Shown here one piece after another: positions 1 through 9,710 of a stretch of 56,169 bases of DNA. The stretch's first letter is position 1; every line of letters starts with the position of its first letter. The stretch covers positions 1 to 56,169 of the IMG/VR virus record IMGVR_UViG_3300037587_000914; one strand, 5' to 3'. Source of the stretch: a virus. Taxonomy: Duplodnaviria > Caudoviricetes. The position numbers were made by a program, and so were the translations under genes. Below the pieces are notes generated by a model. The model was not told where the DNA came from, did not search any database, and worked only from the letters and a program-made list of their open reading frames with translations.

Positions 1-139
1 ACAGTTTAAGCCGCTTAAACGGGTCAAGCGGTTCTTCTGATCATGGCATAAAACATGGACAAAGTCTGTCAGGTGACGCAAAATATTTATAATGTAATAT
101 GGGGATACGGGTTACATGTTGCGCGGGGCGGGTTATGGG
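1..139. repeat. Terminal direct repeat / circular overlap (left copy)
   Basis: 1-139 equals 56031-56169 except g127 vs t56157. Confidence 0.95.
57..84 (-). promoter_or_regulatory. 28-bp conserved motif upstream of terminase small subunit (candidate late-promoter/activator site)
   Basis: ggacaaagtctgtcaggtgacgcaaaat is identical at 50534-50561 (and 56087-56114 in the overlap). Confidence 0.65.
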
Positions 140-160
140 TTACGGATCTGGGGAAATTGT

Positions 161-266
161 TCGTTGGGGCGGATCGTTGGGGCGGATCGTAGGGGCGGAT
201 CGTAGGGGCAGATCGTTAGGGCAGATCGTTAGGGCAGATCGTTGGGGCAGACCTATGTGTCTGCCC
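161..266. repeat. 7 x 13-bp tandem repeat ending in a complete REP-like palindrome
   Basis: Units tcgt(t/a)(g/a)gggc(g/a)ga at 161-251, then cctatgtgtctgccc. Confidence 0.9.
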
Positions 267-521
267 TTGTATGATATTACGTTTACGTATTACGGTTTCG
301 ACAATTTGGGGGTTTTATTGTTGGGGTGAATGTGGGGGCGAACCGTTGGGGCGCGACTGCCTGCCCGACGTGCTGTTTGGCGGGTGTGTTCGCCCTGTTT
401 GTTGGATATGTGTGGGTATTGTTGTTTTGAATAGCTTTAACGCAGTCTAAGCCACAATGAGTATTGAATAATACTGCATCCACTCCGTTTTCACGACCCA
501 GCACATATCTTCCATGCCAGC

Positions 522-776
522 CTAATCTATCATGCGGTTGGATTTGTTTGAAGGTGGCCTTGTCACCGAAACAGCTATTACACATTCCAGCAAATAAGCC
601 AATGTCCATGTTACTGCAATCAGTGTCAGGCATGTATTATGGGCTGCCCAAACCACAATCCATAAAAACACAGTTATGGCAGTTGCCGTAAAGAACGGAT
701 TATCCGTCGCGCAGCGACCAATCTCAGCAAAAGCAGAAGATATATCCCTGGTAAATGTCATAGTTTTAGATTCCAT
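522..776 (-). CDS. Small hypothetical membrane protein
   Basis: ATG with upstream gagg; two hydrophobic stretches. Confidence 0.45.
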   Translation of the reverse strand: MESKTMTFTRDISSAFAEIGRCATDNPFFTATAITVFLWIVVWAAHNTCLTLIAVTWTLAYLLECVIAVSVTRPPSNKSNRMID

Positions 777-821
777 TTTTTTGCCTCGCTTTCTCTCATC
801 TGCGTTCTCCGCGCCTCTGCG

Positions 822-1109
822 TTAAAAAATACAGCCCCTGCATCCAAGCTCTAAGTACTTGCAATCACTATTTAGCAAATCCCACTCACAATGGCGCTTT
901 ATTCCGCTAATTGCATCCATCCTCTTTTCAGCAAAAGGATAATCTTCTTCGCAAGATGGGCGCATGGTGAGGGACCTGCTTGTTGCCATTCTTTCCCTTA
1001 AGAGCTTTGCTGCCCTTTGGAAACCAGCCATCGCCTCGCTGACTGTTGGCGCCATGCTGCCCATTCTTGCGAGGGCCTCCATAAGTTCTTCAGATTCACT
1101 TTCTTTCAT
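822..1109 (-). CDS. Hypothetical protein
   Basis: ATGA overlap with the upstream ORF; same strand as operon. Confidence 0.6.
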   Translation of the reverse strand: MKESESEELMEALARMGSMAPTVSEAMAGFQRAAKLLRERMATSRSLTMRPSCEEDYPFAEKRMDAISGIKRHCEWDLLNSDCKYLELGCRGCIF

Positions 1110-1303
1110 TTTGTTTTAAACTCAGCAGGCAGTTTCATATTCCTGGCTGCGCTATTTATATCCCTCACCGCTTTTCTAAGCACAGGCTCAAGTGCTCTGG
1201 CGAATTCAAGCAAGGATGTACGTGCTAGTTCTACTTGCTTCTTATGTGCGACGACTATGGCCTCAAGGCCTTTCCGGCTTTTTTCAAAATTTTCTTCTTT
1301 CAT
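1106..1303 (-). CDS. Hypothetical protein
   Basis: Tightly packed in operon. Confidence 0.6.
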   Translation of the reverse strand: MKEENFEKSRKGLEAIVVAHKKQVELARTSLLEFARALEPVLRKAVRDINSAARNMKLPAEFKTK

Positions 1304-1305
1304 GG

Positions 1306-1530
1306 TTATAATTCCGCCAATGCCAGGGCTTTATATAGCCGGTCACAATATGTGTTCTCCGGCACAAATGGCACTGTACCGTCTAAAATCTTATACATCT
1401 TATCCATGTCTATCGGACTGATTAACGTCAATATTTCAAGCGCTTCCTCTTCTGTTCTCAGTGGCGTATTTGCCCGTAACAGTTCTAAATTAAAATCGGT
1501 AATTACAGTATCCGAAGCAATATTAAAATT
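1306..1530 (-). CDS. Hypothetical protein (probable start MNFNI; the longer track N-terminus is repeat-derived)
   Basis: Upstream 1540-1595 is a nested repeat; exact start approximate. Confidence 0.45.
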   Translation of the reverse strand, partial: NFNIASDTVITDFNLELLRANTPLRTEEEALEILTLISPIDMDKMYKILDGTVPFVPENTYCDRLYKALALAEL

Positions 1531-1688
1531 CATTTTTTCCTCTGCGCCCTTTACGCCTTCCTGCCCGACGCGTTGTTTGGCGGGTGCGGTGAACCCTGTG
1601 AAATCTCCCGATATTGTACAATCAGCCCACACCCCGTCAACGCCAAAATCCCCTAAATCCCAAATCTAAAAGAGTAAATCTGAAATCT

Positions 1689-1985
1689 TTACTCTTTACT
1701 TTCATGCACCGCCCGATAGACCGTTTTAACTGAAACATCGTGGAGGAGGGCCAACTCTTCATAATTTCCGCCTGAGTCTGTGACGCGGTAGCCCTTCCTG
1801 AGCTGCCGGTCTCTTACCACCCGCTTGTAATATGCGAACGAAATGGTGATACGGTCGTCACCGAGCTCCCGCATGATCGTTTCAAATATTTTTCTGGCAC
1901 ACTCTTCGCCATGATCATCAACGAAACAGCTATATAGTCTATCAAGTTTTTCCCAACATTCAGTCTTTGTCTTGGCATTCTGCAA
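1689..1985 (-). CDS. Mor/C-family transcription activator
   Basis: RELGDDRITI..RDRQLR..GGNYEELALLHDVSVKTVYRAV fits the Mor C-terminal HTH pattern; TTG start at 1985 follows GGAGG. Confidence 0.75.
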   Translation of the reverse strand: MQNAKTKTECWEKLDRLYSCFVDDHGEECARKIFETIMRELGDDRITISFAYYKRVVRDRQLRKGYRVTDSGGNYEELALLHDVSVKTVYRAVHESKE

Positions 1986-2940
1986 TATTTTCCCTCCAAA
2001 GATGGTTGAACTCCTTCCAATAAACAGCAAGGCTCGGATATTCTTTAGGAATCCGGCCGCGAGTGGTAATATATATCTGTACGGTAGAAAGGTTTTCCCA
2101 CCCCATCCTCTCCATAATCGCCACGGGGTCATACCCACGAACATACCTGAGATCTGTTGCGTGCCGGCGGCGGAGCATGTGCATGGACACGACCTTCTTT
2201 TTAATACCCGCTTTTTCCGCGTACTGCTTTAATATCTTGTCTATGCCTGGAGCGGTCAGCCGTGATGTTGTTGCATTGTCGCCTTTTCTGTATCCAACCA
2301 GGAGCGGAGACCCCTTCTCTGCTCCTTGAGACATCCTGAGCGTCAGCAATTGTCTGATAAACAGAGACGGAGATTTCCACAGGTAGACAGTGCGTCGTGA
2401 GTCGAATTTCCCGATAACATTTATATCAACCGCCCCCTCTTCATCATCGATACTATATGGGCCCAGGTTGATAATCTCGCTGATGCGCAGACCGCAAAAC
2501 GCACCGAGAATCAGCATGTTGATGTCACGCAGGCCTTTTTCTGAAGAGGGATCCATAACCGCAAAGAGTTTCAATATCTCCTCCTTTGTGAAGTTTGGCA
2601 GAAGTCCCTTGCGTATCTTTGGGCGGGGGATGCCTGCAGCAAAGTCTGCCTCAATAATCCCCTCATAAACCAGGTACCGGGAAAAGCGTTGAATAGCGAT
2701 CAGTTTTGTAAGTCGTGTCCGGTTTTTATTATCCCTGTAATAACAATACTCCAGATACGCCTCAACGTCCTGCCGCACGATTTCGGACATCTCCACCTGC
2801 GAAACAGACTTGTTTTCTCGATACCACCCAAAAAACTCCTCAACCTTCGCACAATAAGACTTAATAGTTATCGGCGACCTCCCCTCCACACTCCTAAGAA
2901 GCCTCTCAAACCCCGAAATATATTCACCCAATTCAATCAT
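1960..2940 (-). CDS. int: Tyrosine recombinase/integrase (XerC-like)
   Basis: GLRISE (R), HMLRR (HxxR), MGWENLSTVQIY (W, Y); N-terminal core-binding region. Confidence 0.92.
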   Translation of the reverse strand: MIELGEYISGFERLLRSVEGRSPITIKSYCAKVEEFFGWYRENKSVSQVEMSEIVRQDVEAYLEYCYYRDNKNRTRLTKLIAIQRFSRYLVYEGIIEADFAAGIPRPKIRKGLLPNFTKEEILKLFAVMDPSSEKGLRDINMLILGAFCGLRISEIINLGPYSIDDEEGAVDINVIGKFDSRRTVYLWKSPSLFIRQLLTLRMSQGAEKGSPLLVGYRKGDNATTSRLTAPGIDKILKQYAEKAGIKKKVVSMHMLRRRHATDLRYVRGYDPVAIMERMGWENLSTVQIYITTRGRIPKEYPSLAVYWKEFNHLWRENIAECQDKD

Positions 2941-3245
2941 TATTTTCCGTTAAATTCATTATTAATTCTGTTAAATATTTCTTCCCATTCTTTGCAATGT
3001 GCTTTTCCTTTTCCCATCACCACATGTGATAATTCATGTGAAATAACATCAACTACGCCTATCAACGGCATGGAGACGTCTATACTAATAACAGGGCTAG
3101 ACCCATTATCTGGAAAGAATGTTTCTCCATATGCTTGTACTTCTTCATACATACCTTGTACGAAGTTTATAGTTACCTCATTGCTTGGATATAATCTTTC
3201 AAAAATATCCACAACCGTTCTTATTGGATCTTCATATTCAACCAT
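2940..3245 (-). CDS. Small HExxH metallopeptidase-like protein (SprT/ImmA-like)
   Basis: ISHELSHVV followed by a distal His. Confidence 0.55.
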   Translation of the reverse strand: MVEYEDPIRTVVDIFERLYPSNEVTINFVQGMYEEVQAYGETFFPDNGSSPVISIDVSMPLIGVVDVISHELSHVVMGKGKAHCKEWEEIFNRINNEFNGK

Positions 3246-4051
3246 TTTTTGTCTTTCATGTAAGTATTAAACGCCGCTGGTCTCGACCATTTTCGAACCA
3301 ATTGCTTCCATGCCTTGCTGTATGTCCGTTTTTGTTCAGGTTGGTATAATTGTGCAAATGGCCAGAAGCCAAGATTGTATATCTTCTCTAGTCTCTTTTC
3401 TGCCTCCAATGGTGTTTCGTTATCAAATGCAATTAATACATAACAACGCTTTTTATAAGTTTTTATGCCTTCTAAAATTTTAGCGGCTCTTGCCAGTTGG
3501 GTTATTGCGCTTTCAGTATCACATGCCAACCAAATCTCTTTTAGCCTTATGCTGTCTAATAGGCCCCTGTGCCAGTCCTTTAATAACGCCTTATCAATTC
3601 CCCCTTTAAATTCTGCGGCCTTCGGTTGTCTTCTTAACATATCAAATACATTTTTAATGTGCTGATCACTGCATTGTAATAAGTTATTGTCGTTTACTAT
3701 CCATCCATCCTTGATCTGTAGTTCCCTTAAAGACCCTTCCCTTTTTGGCACAAAACACCATTTGCATTTTTTATTACATCCCCTGCTTGTAATAGTTATT
3801 CCTTTTTTTGTGAATAACTCGGGAATAAACTCTCCTCCTTCATCGCCATAAGCCGGTCCGCCTACTTTTACATCATCATAGTACATCGACCACTCTTCTT
3901 TTAGTTTTTCTGCTGTTGGTATATCCCATGTAAATACACACGATATCCGTACTGGTAATTGTTCTTTTGGTCGAAATAATGGAGGTAGCCCCACAAAAGA
4001 CAATTCATCATCCGGCGTAAAGCTTGTTTGTTTTGGAAATACTCTAATCAT
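3221..4051 (-). CDS. Radical SAM protein
   Basis: TSRGCNKKCKWC (CxxxCxxC). Confidence 0.85.
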   Translation of the reverse strand: MIRVFPKQTSFTPDDELSFVGLPPLFRPKEQLPVRISCVFTWDIPTAEKLKEEWSMYYDDVKVGGPAYGDEGGEFIPELFTKKGITITSRGCNKKCKWCFVPKREGSLRELQIKDGWIVNDNNLLQCSDQHIKNVFDMLRRQPKAAEFKGGIDKALLKDWHRGLLDSIRLKEIWLACDTESAITQLARAAKILEGIKTYKKRCYVLIAFDNETPLEAEKRLEKIYNLGFWPFAQLYQPEQKRTYSKAWKQLVRKWSRPAAFNTYMKDKKWLNMKIQ

Positions 4052-4055
4052 GTTA

Positions 4056-4541
4056 TTATTCGCTTAATTCTTTAGCTTTAGCTATCACATCAGCCTGGTT
4101 AAAATTGCCATTTGCAACCTCTTTTGCAAGTCTTCTCAATTCATCTATGTCATTTTTCTGTATATGCGTTGGCCAACCTTCCGGATAAAGGCGCCTAATC
4201 ACTCTGACAGCTAAAATGTCTTGTATTCTATGGATAGCGTCTACAACGTCCCGCATTTCATCAGGATGCTGCCTTTCTGTTTTAGAAAAAGCGTTATAAG
4301 CCGCCACTAAACCATCCATACAATCTTGCTCTAACGGGTCAAGTCCGGTTTTTTGATTAACTTCATTTGTTTCGGTTCTGCTGTTTTCTTTACGGACTTG
4401 CTCCATTACGCGTTCCAATTCTTGAAAATGCCCTGTTTTTCTAAGTGTATACCCTTCATCGGTCCTTACATCACCCATACATTCCACAAAGGTTTCCACC
4501 TTCTCTAACAGTGCCAAGACTGTCTTTGAATTAACATTCAT
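4056..4541 (-). CDS. Hypothetical protein sharing its C-terminal 30 aa with 5017-5400
   Basis: ORF track; ATGA overlap. Confidence 0.7.
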   Translation of the reverse strand: MNVNSKTVLALLEKVETFVECMGDVRTDEGYTLRKTGHFQELERVMEQVRKENSRTETNEVNQKTGLDPLEQDCMDGLVAAYNAFSKTERQHPDEMRDVVDAIHRIQDILAVRVIRRLYPEGWPTHIQKNDIDELRRLAKEVANGNFNQADVIAKAKELSE

Positions 4542-4759
4542 GATATACCATTCCTTTTTTTATTTTTACATCTCTTAATAGCAGATTTAATTGCTTTATT
4601 CAGAATAATAGAGCAATCAGTACACAAATGCTCTGTTTCAAACACCTCTCCAGCTGGTTGTAATGCTTTATATGTTTCTTTATTCCAAAGTTGCGCTCTC
4701 AGCTCAACTCCATTAATCTCCATCTCAACACCACAATAATCACAAAACGTTTTCGTCAT
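4538..4759 (-). CDS. Small Zn-ribbon protein
   Basis: CDYC...CTDC. Confidence 0.65.
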   Translation of the reverse strand: MTKTFCDYCGVEMEINGVELRAQLWNKETYKALQPAGEVFETEHLCTDCSIILNKAIKSAIKRCKNKKRNGIS

Positions 4760-4980
4760 ACCTCTTCCTTCTTATTAGGCGTTAAGATATCGCCACAATC
4801 TGTACATACGAAGACTCTTCTTCTGCCAAAGAATCTAGCCGGTATGGAATGATACCAGCCATTATTATGTTTACATGGAGGCGTTGCCGATATGGTTACT
4901 GCCGTATAACCACTGACTTCAGCCGACTTATAAAGCTCTTGCGCTTTATACAAATCCATAAAATCTTTTTGTGTGAACAT
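4756..4980 (-). CDS. Small Cys-rich hypothetical protein
   Basis: CKH...CTDC; coupled to neighbour. Confidence 0.6.
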   Translation of the reverse strand: MFTQKDFMDLYKAQELYKSAEVSGYTAVTISATPPCKHNNGWYHSIPARFFGRRRVFVCTDCGDILTPNKKEEV

Positions 4981-5016
4981 TCCTTTTTCTCCAATAAAGC
5001 GAGTGAATTTTGACAG

Positions 5017-5400
5017 TTATTCGCTTAATTCTTTAGCTTTAGCTATCACGTCAGCTTGATTAAAATTTCCATTTGCGATCTCTTTTGCAAGGTTTCTCAA
5101 TTCATCTATATAATCAGTTGTTTTACCCTGGACTTGTTTGTCTTTTTTTAGACCATTAATAAGATTTTCTATATCCTTCTTTTTTATAAAGGTCCCAAGG
5201 TTGATCCTGGCTGTTTCAACACCTGAGTGATGGTTTGATAAAATAGCCCAACACCCTTTATTGTGTATCATAAATTCAAGTACCAACCACGATCCGCCTC
5301 CTGCTGGCCAGCCTAGCCCCGGAAGGTTACTACCCGTTATCTCAAAATTCTCATTTAACCAACCATTAGAGACAATGCCTTTATTTTGACTCTCTTCCAT
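5017..5400 (-). CDS. Hypothetical protein
   Basis: C-terminus duplicated with 4056-4541. Confidence 0.65.
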   Translation of the reverse strand: MEESQNKGIVSNGWLNENFEITGSNLPGLGWPAGGGSWLVLEFMIHNKGCWAILSNHHSGVETARINLGTFIKKKDIENLINGLKKDKQVQGKTTDYIDELRNLAKEIANGNFNQADVIAKAKELSE

Positions 5401-5419
5401 TTTTCAATACCCTTCCTGC

Positions 5420-6245
5420 CTTACACAAGCCGGCCAAAAAAATTTCCCCCCTCGACCCCCCTGAACGAAAAAACCAAAAAGACCTTTTCCAAAACTATAC
5501 AATTTATAAATACGTATGGGGTAGGAAAAACCAATTTATCCACTATACCTTTCATAGGGGGTGGGTATGTTGGATAAAATAAACAATAGTCAATAAATAC
5601 AACATATTGTACTCAACAAACACACCTCGTAAACCATTACACCATAAAGACATAACGCGTAGAAGTAACATAAGATTTATTATCAGACGATATAAAAACA
5701 ATCCCATATATAGTACATCTCCCCACTCTTCATACATTTCACATTTCTGCTAAACCAACAGCATTTTAAATTACCCACAATAGATAGACCAAACAGAGAA
5801 AAAACTAAAAGAAGTAAACATAATCTACATAACAAGTTATTAATCATTGTAAACCTTAAATATTAAGAATAATATAAGTATATATAATATATTTTATTTA
5901 AACCTATTTGACGCTTTAAACGCCAAAAACATGAATCAAAAGCTTTTGAAGAGTGCTAATCAGAACTACTAACCGTCAGTATGGCACAATTTTAACTGCT
6001 ACACTGCTACTAATCAACACAAGTGTTTATATTACAAACACTTACACCTTGTAGCAGTCCAAAAAGGCGCGGCGCGACTGCTACCCGACTGCTACCAACT
6101 GCTACCACACTGCAACCACTACTGCTACCATAGATAAATATAAATATAATAATAACTTAAGTTTAAATAGTAGCAGTGTAGCACCGTTCTCAGTAATACG
6201 CCCTCCAACTTTTTCCTGATGGCCAGAAAAAAAGAAGAATTTCAA
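5420..6245. other. Putative replication origin: AT-rich non-coding region with CTGCTAC iterons
   Basis: CTGCTAC at 5996, 6004, 6078, 6089, 6099, 6122; inverted GTAGCAG at 6051, 6170; just downstream of primase-helicase. Confidence 0.65.
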
Positions 6246-6250
6246 AAAAA

Positions 6251-6589
6251 CTATGATTCTAAGTAAGTTACTGGCTTACCAATCTTCTCAGCATAATCTA
6301 TTTCGCGCCTTGTAGACTCTCCGATATAACCATCGACATTGAGTACATATATACTGTCTGACAGATCAATCTTACGCAAATGAAGATTGTCAAAATGCTC
6401 TGCGACACCTTCATGTTCTGCAATATGGCATTCAACAATATCTTTGCCTTTAAAATAACCAGGAGGAAGATAATGCAAGCCCAGTACGATAGCACCTTCT
6501 TTCTCAAGTAAATATGCCATTACAGCAACCGTTTCTATAAATCTTGTTGAACCACAAAGAGTAATTATTTTAGGTTGCTTATCACTCAT
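6251..6589 (-). CDS. Nucleoside 2-deoxyribosyltransferase-like / DUF4406-like Rossmannoid protein
   Basis: IITLCGSTRF...KIDLSDSIYVLNVDGYIGESTRREIDYA; start taken at MSDKQ. Confidence 0.65.
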   Translation of the reverse strand: MSDKQPKIITLCGSTRFIETVAVMAYLLEKEGAIVLGLHYLPPGYFKGKDIVECHIAEHEGVAEHFDNLHLRKIDLSDSIYVLNVDGYIGESTRREIDYAEKIGKPVTYLES

Positions 6590-6674
6590 TTTCCCTCGCA
6601 TCGGTGCTGTGGACCTGTAGTCATCAGGGCTAAAACCTCGTTTTTCAATATCGTCACCCATTTTCCCACACACC

Positions 6675-9600
6675 TCACCTAATTATCGTCTTTCTCAATT
6701 TCCAATATTTCCGTCCATGTATCCTCGTCCAATACGGCTCAAAGTTTGGCCGGCTTACTACATCCCAATTCGCTTTCTTAAGTACACCAATATCATTCCT
6801 CAACCTCGATACCAATATAGCCCCACTCGAATACGGATTCTTAGTCCCCATATTCCGGCTCAGCCTATCAAATGCATGGACGATATCACTCGCGCTGGCC
6901 ACAAACTCAACAGTCGTCCTGGTGTATGGTTCCTCATTTCCGTCAATCTCCTGCACACCTTTAGTCTTTAAGATCTCAATCAAATATTCCGGATGTTTAT
7001 ATCTAAATACCCCTTCAGGATAATCATCGTGATTTTGCGCCTTTTCATCTACATCCTTCATCTGTGCCATGCATTCCCTCACAAGTCCGTCCAACAACTT
7101 AACTATTGAATTCGAACCCGTCTCAGACTCCTTCGCCTTTGCATCCTGCACCTCAATCCACTCCTTCCAGATCTCTTTCGCGCCAGATTCAACCCCACAT
7201 TCCAAATCATCCTCTCCATAATAAGGAATATACTTCACTATCTTATCCAGCATCAACATGAGCAATGCCAGATATTCATCCGTCCTGCTCTTAGAGTGAT
7301 TTTTATACTCCTTCTTCAACACAGTGATATAATCCCTGCGCTTGTCCAGGTTAGGCAGCACGTCCTTATGGATAAACTTGAAAATCGACGACAAAATTAG
7401 ATTGCGCTTTTTAATAAGATTACCCGTTGTCTCATCTTCTACATAATCATCGGCCTTGTATTTACCAAAAAACTCAATATCATAAGTCCTATTTATCGTC
7501 TCCGCTTTCTCAAAAGGTTCGATCGCCGTTATCAACACCAGCGATCGCGGTGATTCCTGGACAGTCTCCGTCTCTGTCCCGCCAGCCCTCTTCTCCTTGC
7601 TTCCCTTTGTGGCAGCCAGTAACAAGAACTTCTCTATAGATTTTGTCATGTCCCTGGCCTCCAGGTTGTCGATCACCAGCAACGGATTCTGGCTGGATAT
7701 TGAGAAAGCGGCCGCAGTGGAAGGATCGCCCAGGTGCTCGTCACCATAGATCAATATAGACAACAGCCTTGCTGCAGTCGTCTTCCCGCAACCGGTCGCT
7801 CCGGAGAACTTCATCAACGCCATATAAGGAGAAAAATCCATTAAGAAAGCGGATATCAACCAGCACAAAATCAAATACTTCTGCTCCTTATCGCACGTAA
7901 GATTTTCAAGGACCAGCTCATTCAACACCTGCATCCCCTCGCTGATGTTACAATCAGGAAGATAATTCATAGGTAAGATCTTCTGTGATGATTTCAGGAA
8001 AACGCCCTCGGTGTTCATGCCGTTCGGGATCTCGCTGATAGATTCTGCAGAAACCCGAAGGATGTTATTCCCGGGCAGATTCAGATTTGCATAAAAAGTG
8101 TCAGTATTCCTATCCGTCTTGATCCACGTGGCAATGTCAATCTGCTTTCCGCAGATATAAGCCTCCGATGCCAGCGACTCCCACACAGATCGCCCCGGTT
8201 CCTTCGTCGGAAGCAACCCCGTCATCTTCTTCATCAAAGCATTAAAAGGCCGGTTCCCCCCGATAATATAAGTCTTGTGCTGGTACAAGAGATAGACGAC
8301 ATCAGATCTATCATAAAAAAACCTTCCGTTCCGGCTGAAATAATTATAAATAGCGGTAACTACAGTATTCGGATCAGCGTCCTTCAAATTCTTCAGATCT
8401 GCAAAATAATCCTTCAAGTCGTTCTTCAACGACTGATTAAGCTCGATCTGCTCCTCAATAGCCGACGGAGTCAACCCGAACTGCACGATCTTCTCCACAA
8501 ACACCAGCTTTTCCGCCTCCACCAACTCCGCCAGCGCCGCGAAAACTCCCCGTTCTTTTAATGCATTTAATCTATTATCCAGCCCGTCCAGCTTCCCAAT
8601 CTCAGCCAATTCCCACGTCAGATAATCAACCGACTCAAGCTGCAGCCGCTTGACCTCCTTCTTTTTATCGCCGTCAAAAACCTTCAAATAATCGTCAGGA
8701 TCATCGCCATCCTTACCATACGTGATAATCCGTATATTCGACACATCTGCCAGCTCAGTGCAAATCTTCCTGATATACCCCTTACCCTTTGCATACAACT
8801 TCTTCTCATCCGCATCATTATCAAGCCATAGATAAATATGCTTATGTGCCGCATTAGTCCTGAGCCACTTAATCTGATAATCCGCTGGCCCTCCTATAAT
8901 CCCCACTACATGATCAACACCGGCAGACATGACACCCAGCAGATCATTCTCCCCCTCTACCACAATAATCTCGCTAAATCTGTCAAACACCGCCTGATTA
9001 TAAAAACGCCACTGCTTTGCCCTGGCACTGGCCGGTAACTGATACTCCAGCTTTCCCTCCGGATCCTTCATAGTAAAATGATCTACCCTGTCGCCATTCA
9101 CATGCGGGAATATAGCCAGCCCCTTGCGGAAAAAGTCTACAAGCACAGTTCTATCATTCTTCTTATCCTCCCAATCCTTCCCGAGATTCGAAGCCTTAAT
9201 AACTGCATCGTCAAAACCCTTACCCCTCAGATGGTCCACCAGACAGCCATCTGCCCAGCCCACCTTCATCGTATTTAGCACGTCCTCGCTATGCTTGCGC
9301 TTCTTGACGAAATAATCCTTACCGCCATTTTCAAGGAAATGCCCGTGATAATACTCCGCCGCCTCAATAAAAATCTTCTCCTTGACCGACAATTTTTGCG
9401 CCGGAAGCTTCTTCCGCTTTTTTGCGTCTTCTATTTCTATATTGGCATACTTCGCCGCCGTCCTCAACTGCTCCCCCTTATCATCTATCGTCAGATACTT
9501 CTCGATGAAGGCAAACACATCCCCCTTCTCAGAGCACTGAAAACACGTGAAAAACTTCTCCTGCAGGCTGAAACAGCTATGGCCGCCACAAAACGGACAC

Positions 9601-9695
9601 TCCTCCAGATGCTTCCCCTTCAACTTCAACCCCGTCTCCTGCATTACAAACCCCGGGAGATCAATCGCCTCTTTTACCGATTCAAAATCATTCAT
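6675..9695 (-). CDS. Primase-helicase (Zn finger + TOPRIM + P-loop)
   Basis: CPFC..CFQC, VVEGEND, WLDND, DPDDY, GATGCGKTT, LLVIDN. Confidence 0.9.
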   Translation of the reverse strand: MNDFESVKEAIDLPGFVMQETGLKLKGKHLEECPFCGGHSCFSLQEKFFTCFQCSEKGDVFAFIEKYLTIDDKGEQLRTAAKYANIEIEDAKKRKKLPAQKLSVKEKIFIEAAEYYHGHFLENGGKDYFVKKRKHSEDVLNTMKVGWADGCLVDHLRGKGFDDAVIKASNLGKDWEDKKNDRTVLVDFFRKGLAIFPHVNGDRVDHFTMKDPEGKLEYQLPASARAKQWRFYNQAVFDRFSEIIVVEGENDLLGVMSAGVDHVVGIIGGPADYQIKWLRTNAAHKHIYLWLDNDADEKKLYAKGKGYIRKICTELADVSNIRIITYGKDGDDPDDYLKVFDGDKKKEVKRLQLESVDYLTWELAEIGKLDGLDNRLNALKERGVFAALAELVEAEKLVFVEKIVQFGLTPSAIEEQIELNQSLKNDLKDYFADLKNLKDADPNTVVTAIYNYFSRNGRFFYDRSDVVYLLYQHKTYIIGGNRPFNALMKKMTGLLPTKEPGRSVWESLASEAYICGKQIDIATWIKTDRNTDTFYANLNLPGNNILRVSAESISEIPNGMNTEGVFLKSSQKILPMNYLPDCNISEGMQVLNELVLENLTCDKEQKYLILCWLISAFLMDFSPYMALMKFSGATGCGKTTAARLLSILIYGDEHLGDPSTAAAFSISSQNPLLVIDNLEARDMTKSIEKFLLLAATKGSKEKRAGGTETETVQESPRSLVLITAIEPFEKAETINRTYDIEFFGKYKADDYVEDETTGNLIKKRNLILSSIFKFIHKDVLPNLDKRRDYITVLKKEYKNHSKSRTDEYLALLMLMLDKIVKYIPYYGEDDLECGVESGAKEIWKEWIEVQDAKAKESETGSNSIVKLLDGLVRECMAQMKDVDEKAQNHDDYPEGVFRYKHPEYLIEILKTKGVQEIDGNEEPYTRTTVEFVASASDIVHAFDRLSRNMGTKNPYSSGAILVSRLRNDIGVLKKANWDVVSRPNFEPYWTRIHGRKYWKLRKTIIR

Positions 9696-9710
9696 AGTTT
9701 ATTTTGTATA

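Noticed and set aside
161-251. Possible CRISPR array
   Set aside because: 13-bp units are contiguous with no spacers; no cas genes seen
99-329. Plus-strand ORF, and similar ORFs at 28948-29260 and 39886-40089
   Set aside because: Made mostly of translated repeats with no RBS
5386-5737. Short ORFs in the AT-rich region
   Set aside because: Low complexity and no RBS; better explained as origin-associated non-coding DNA
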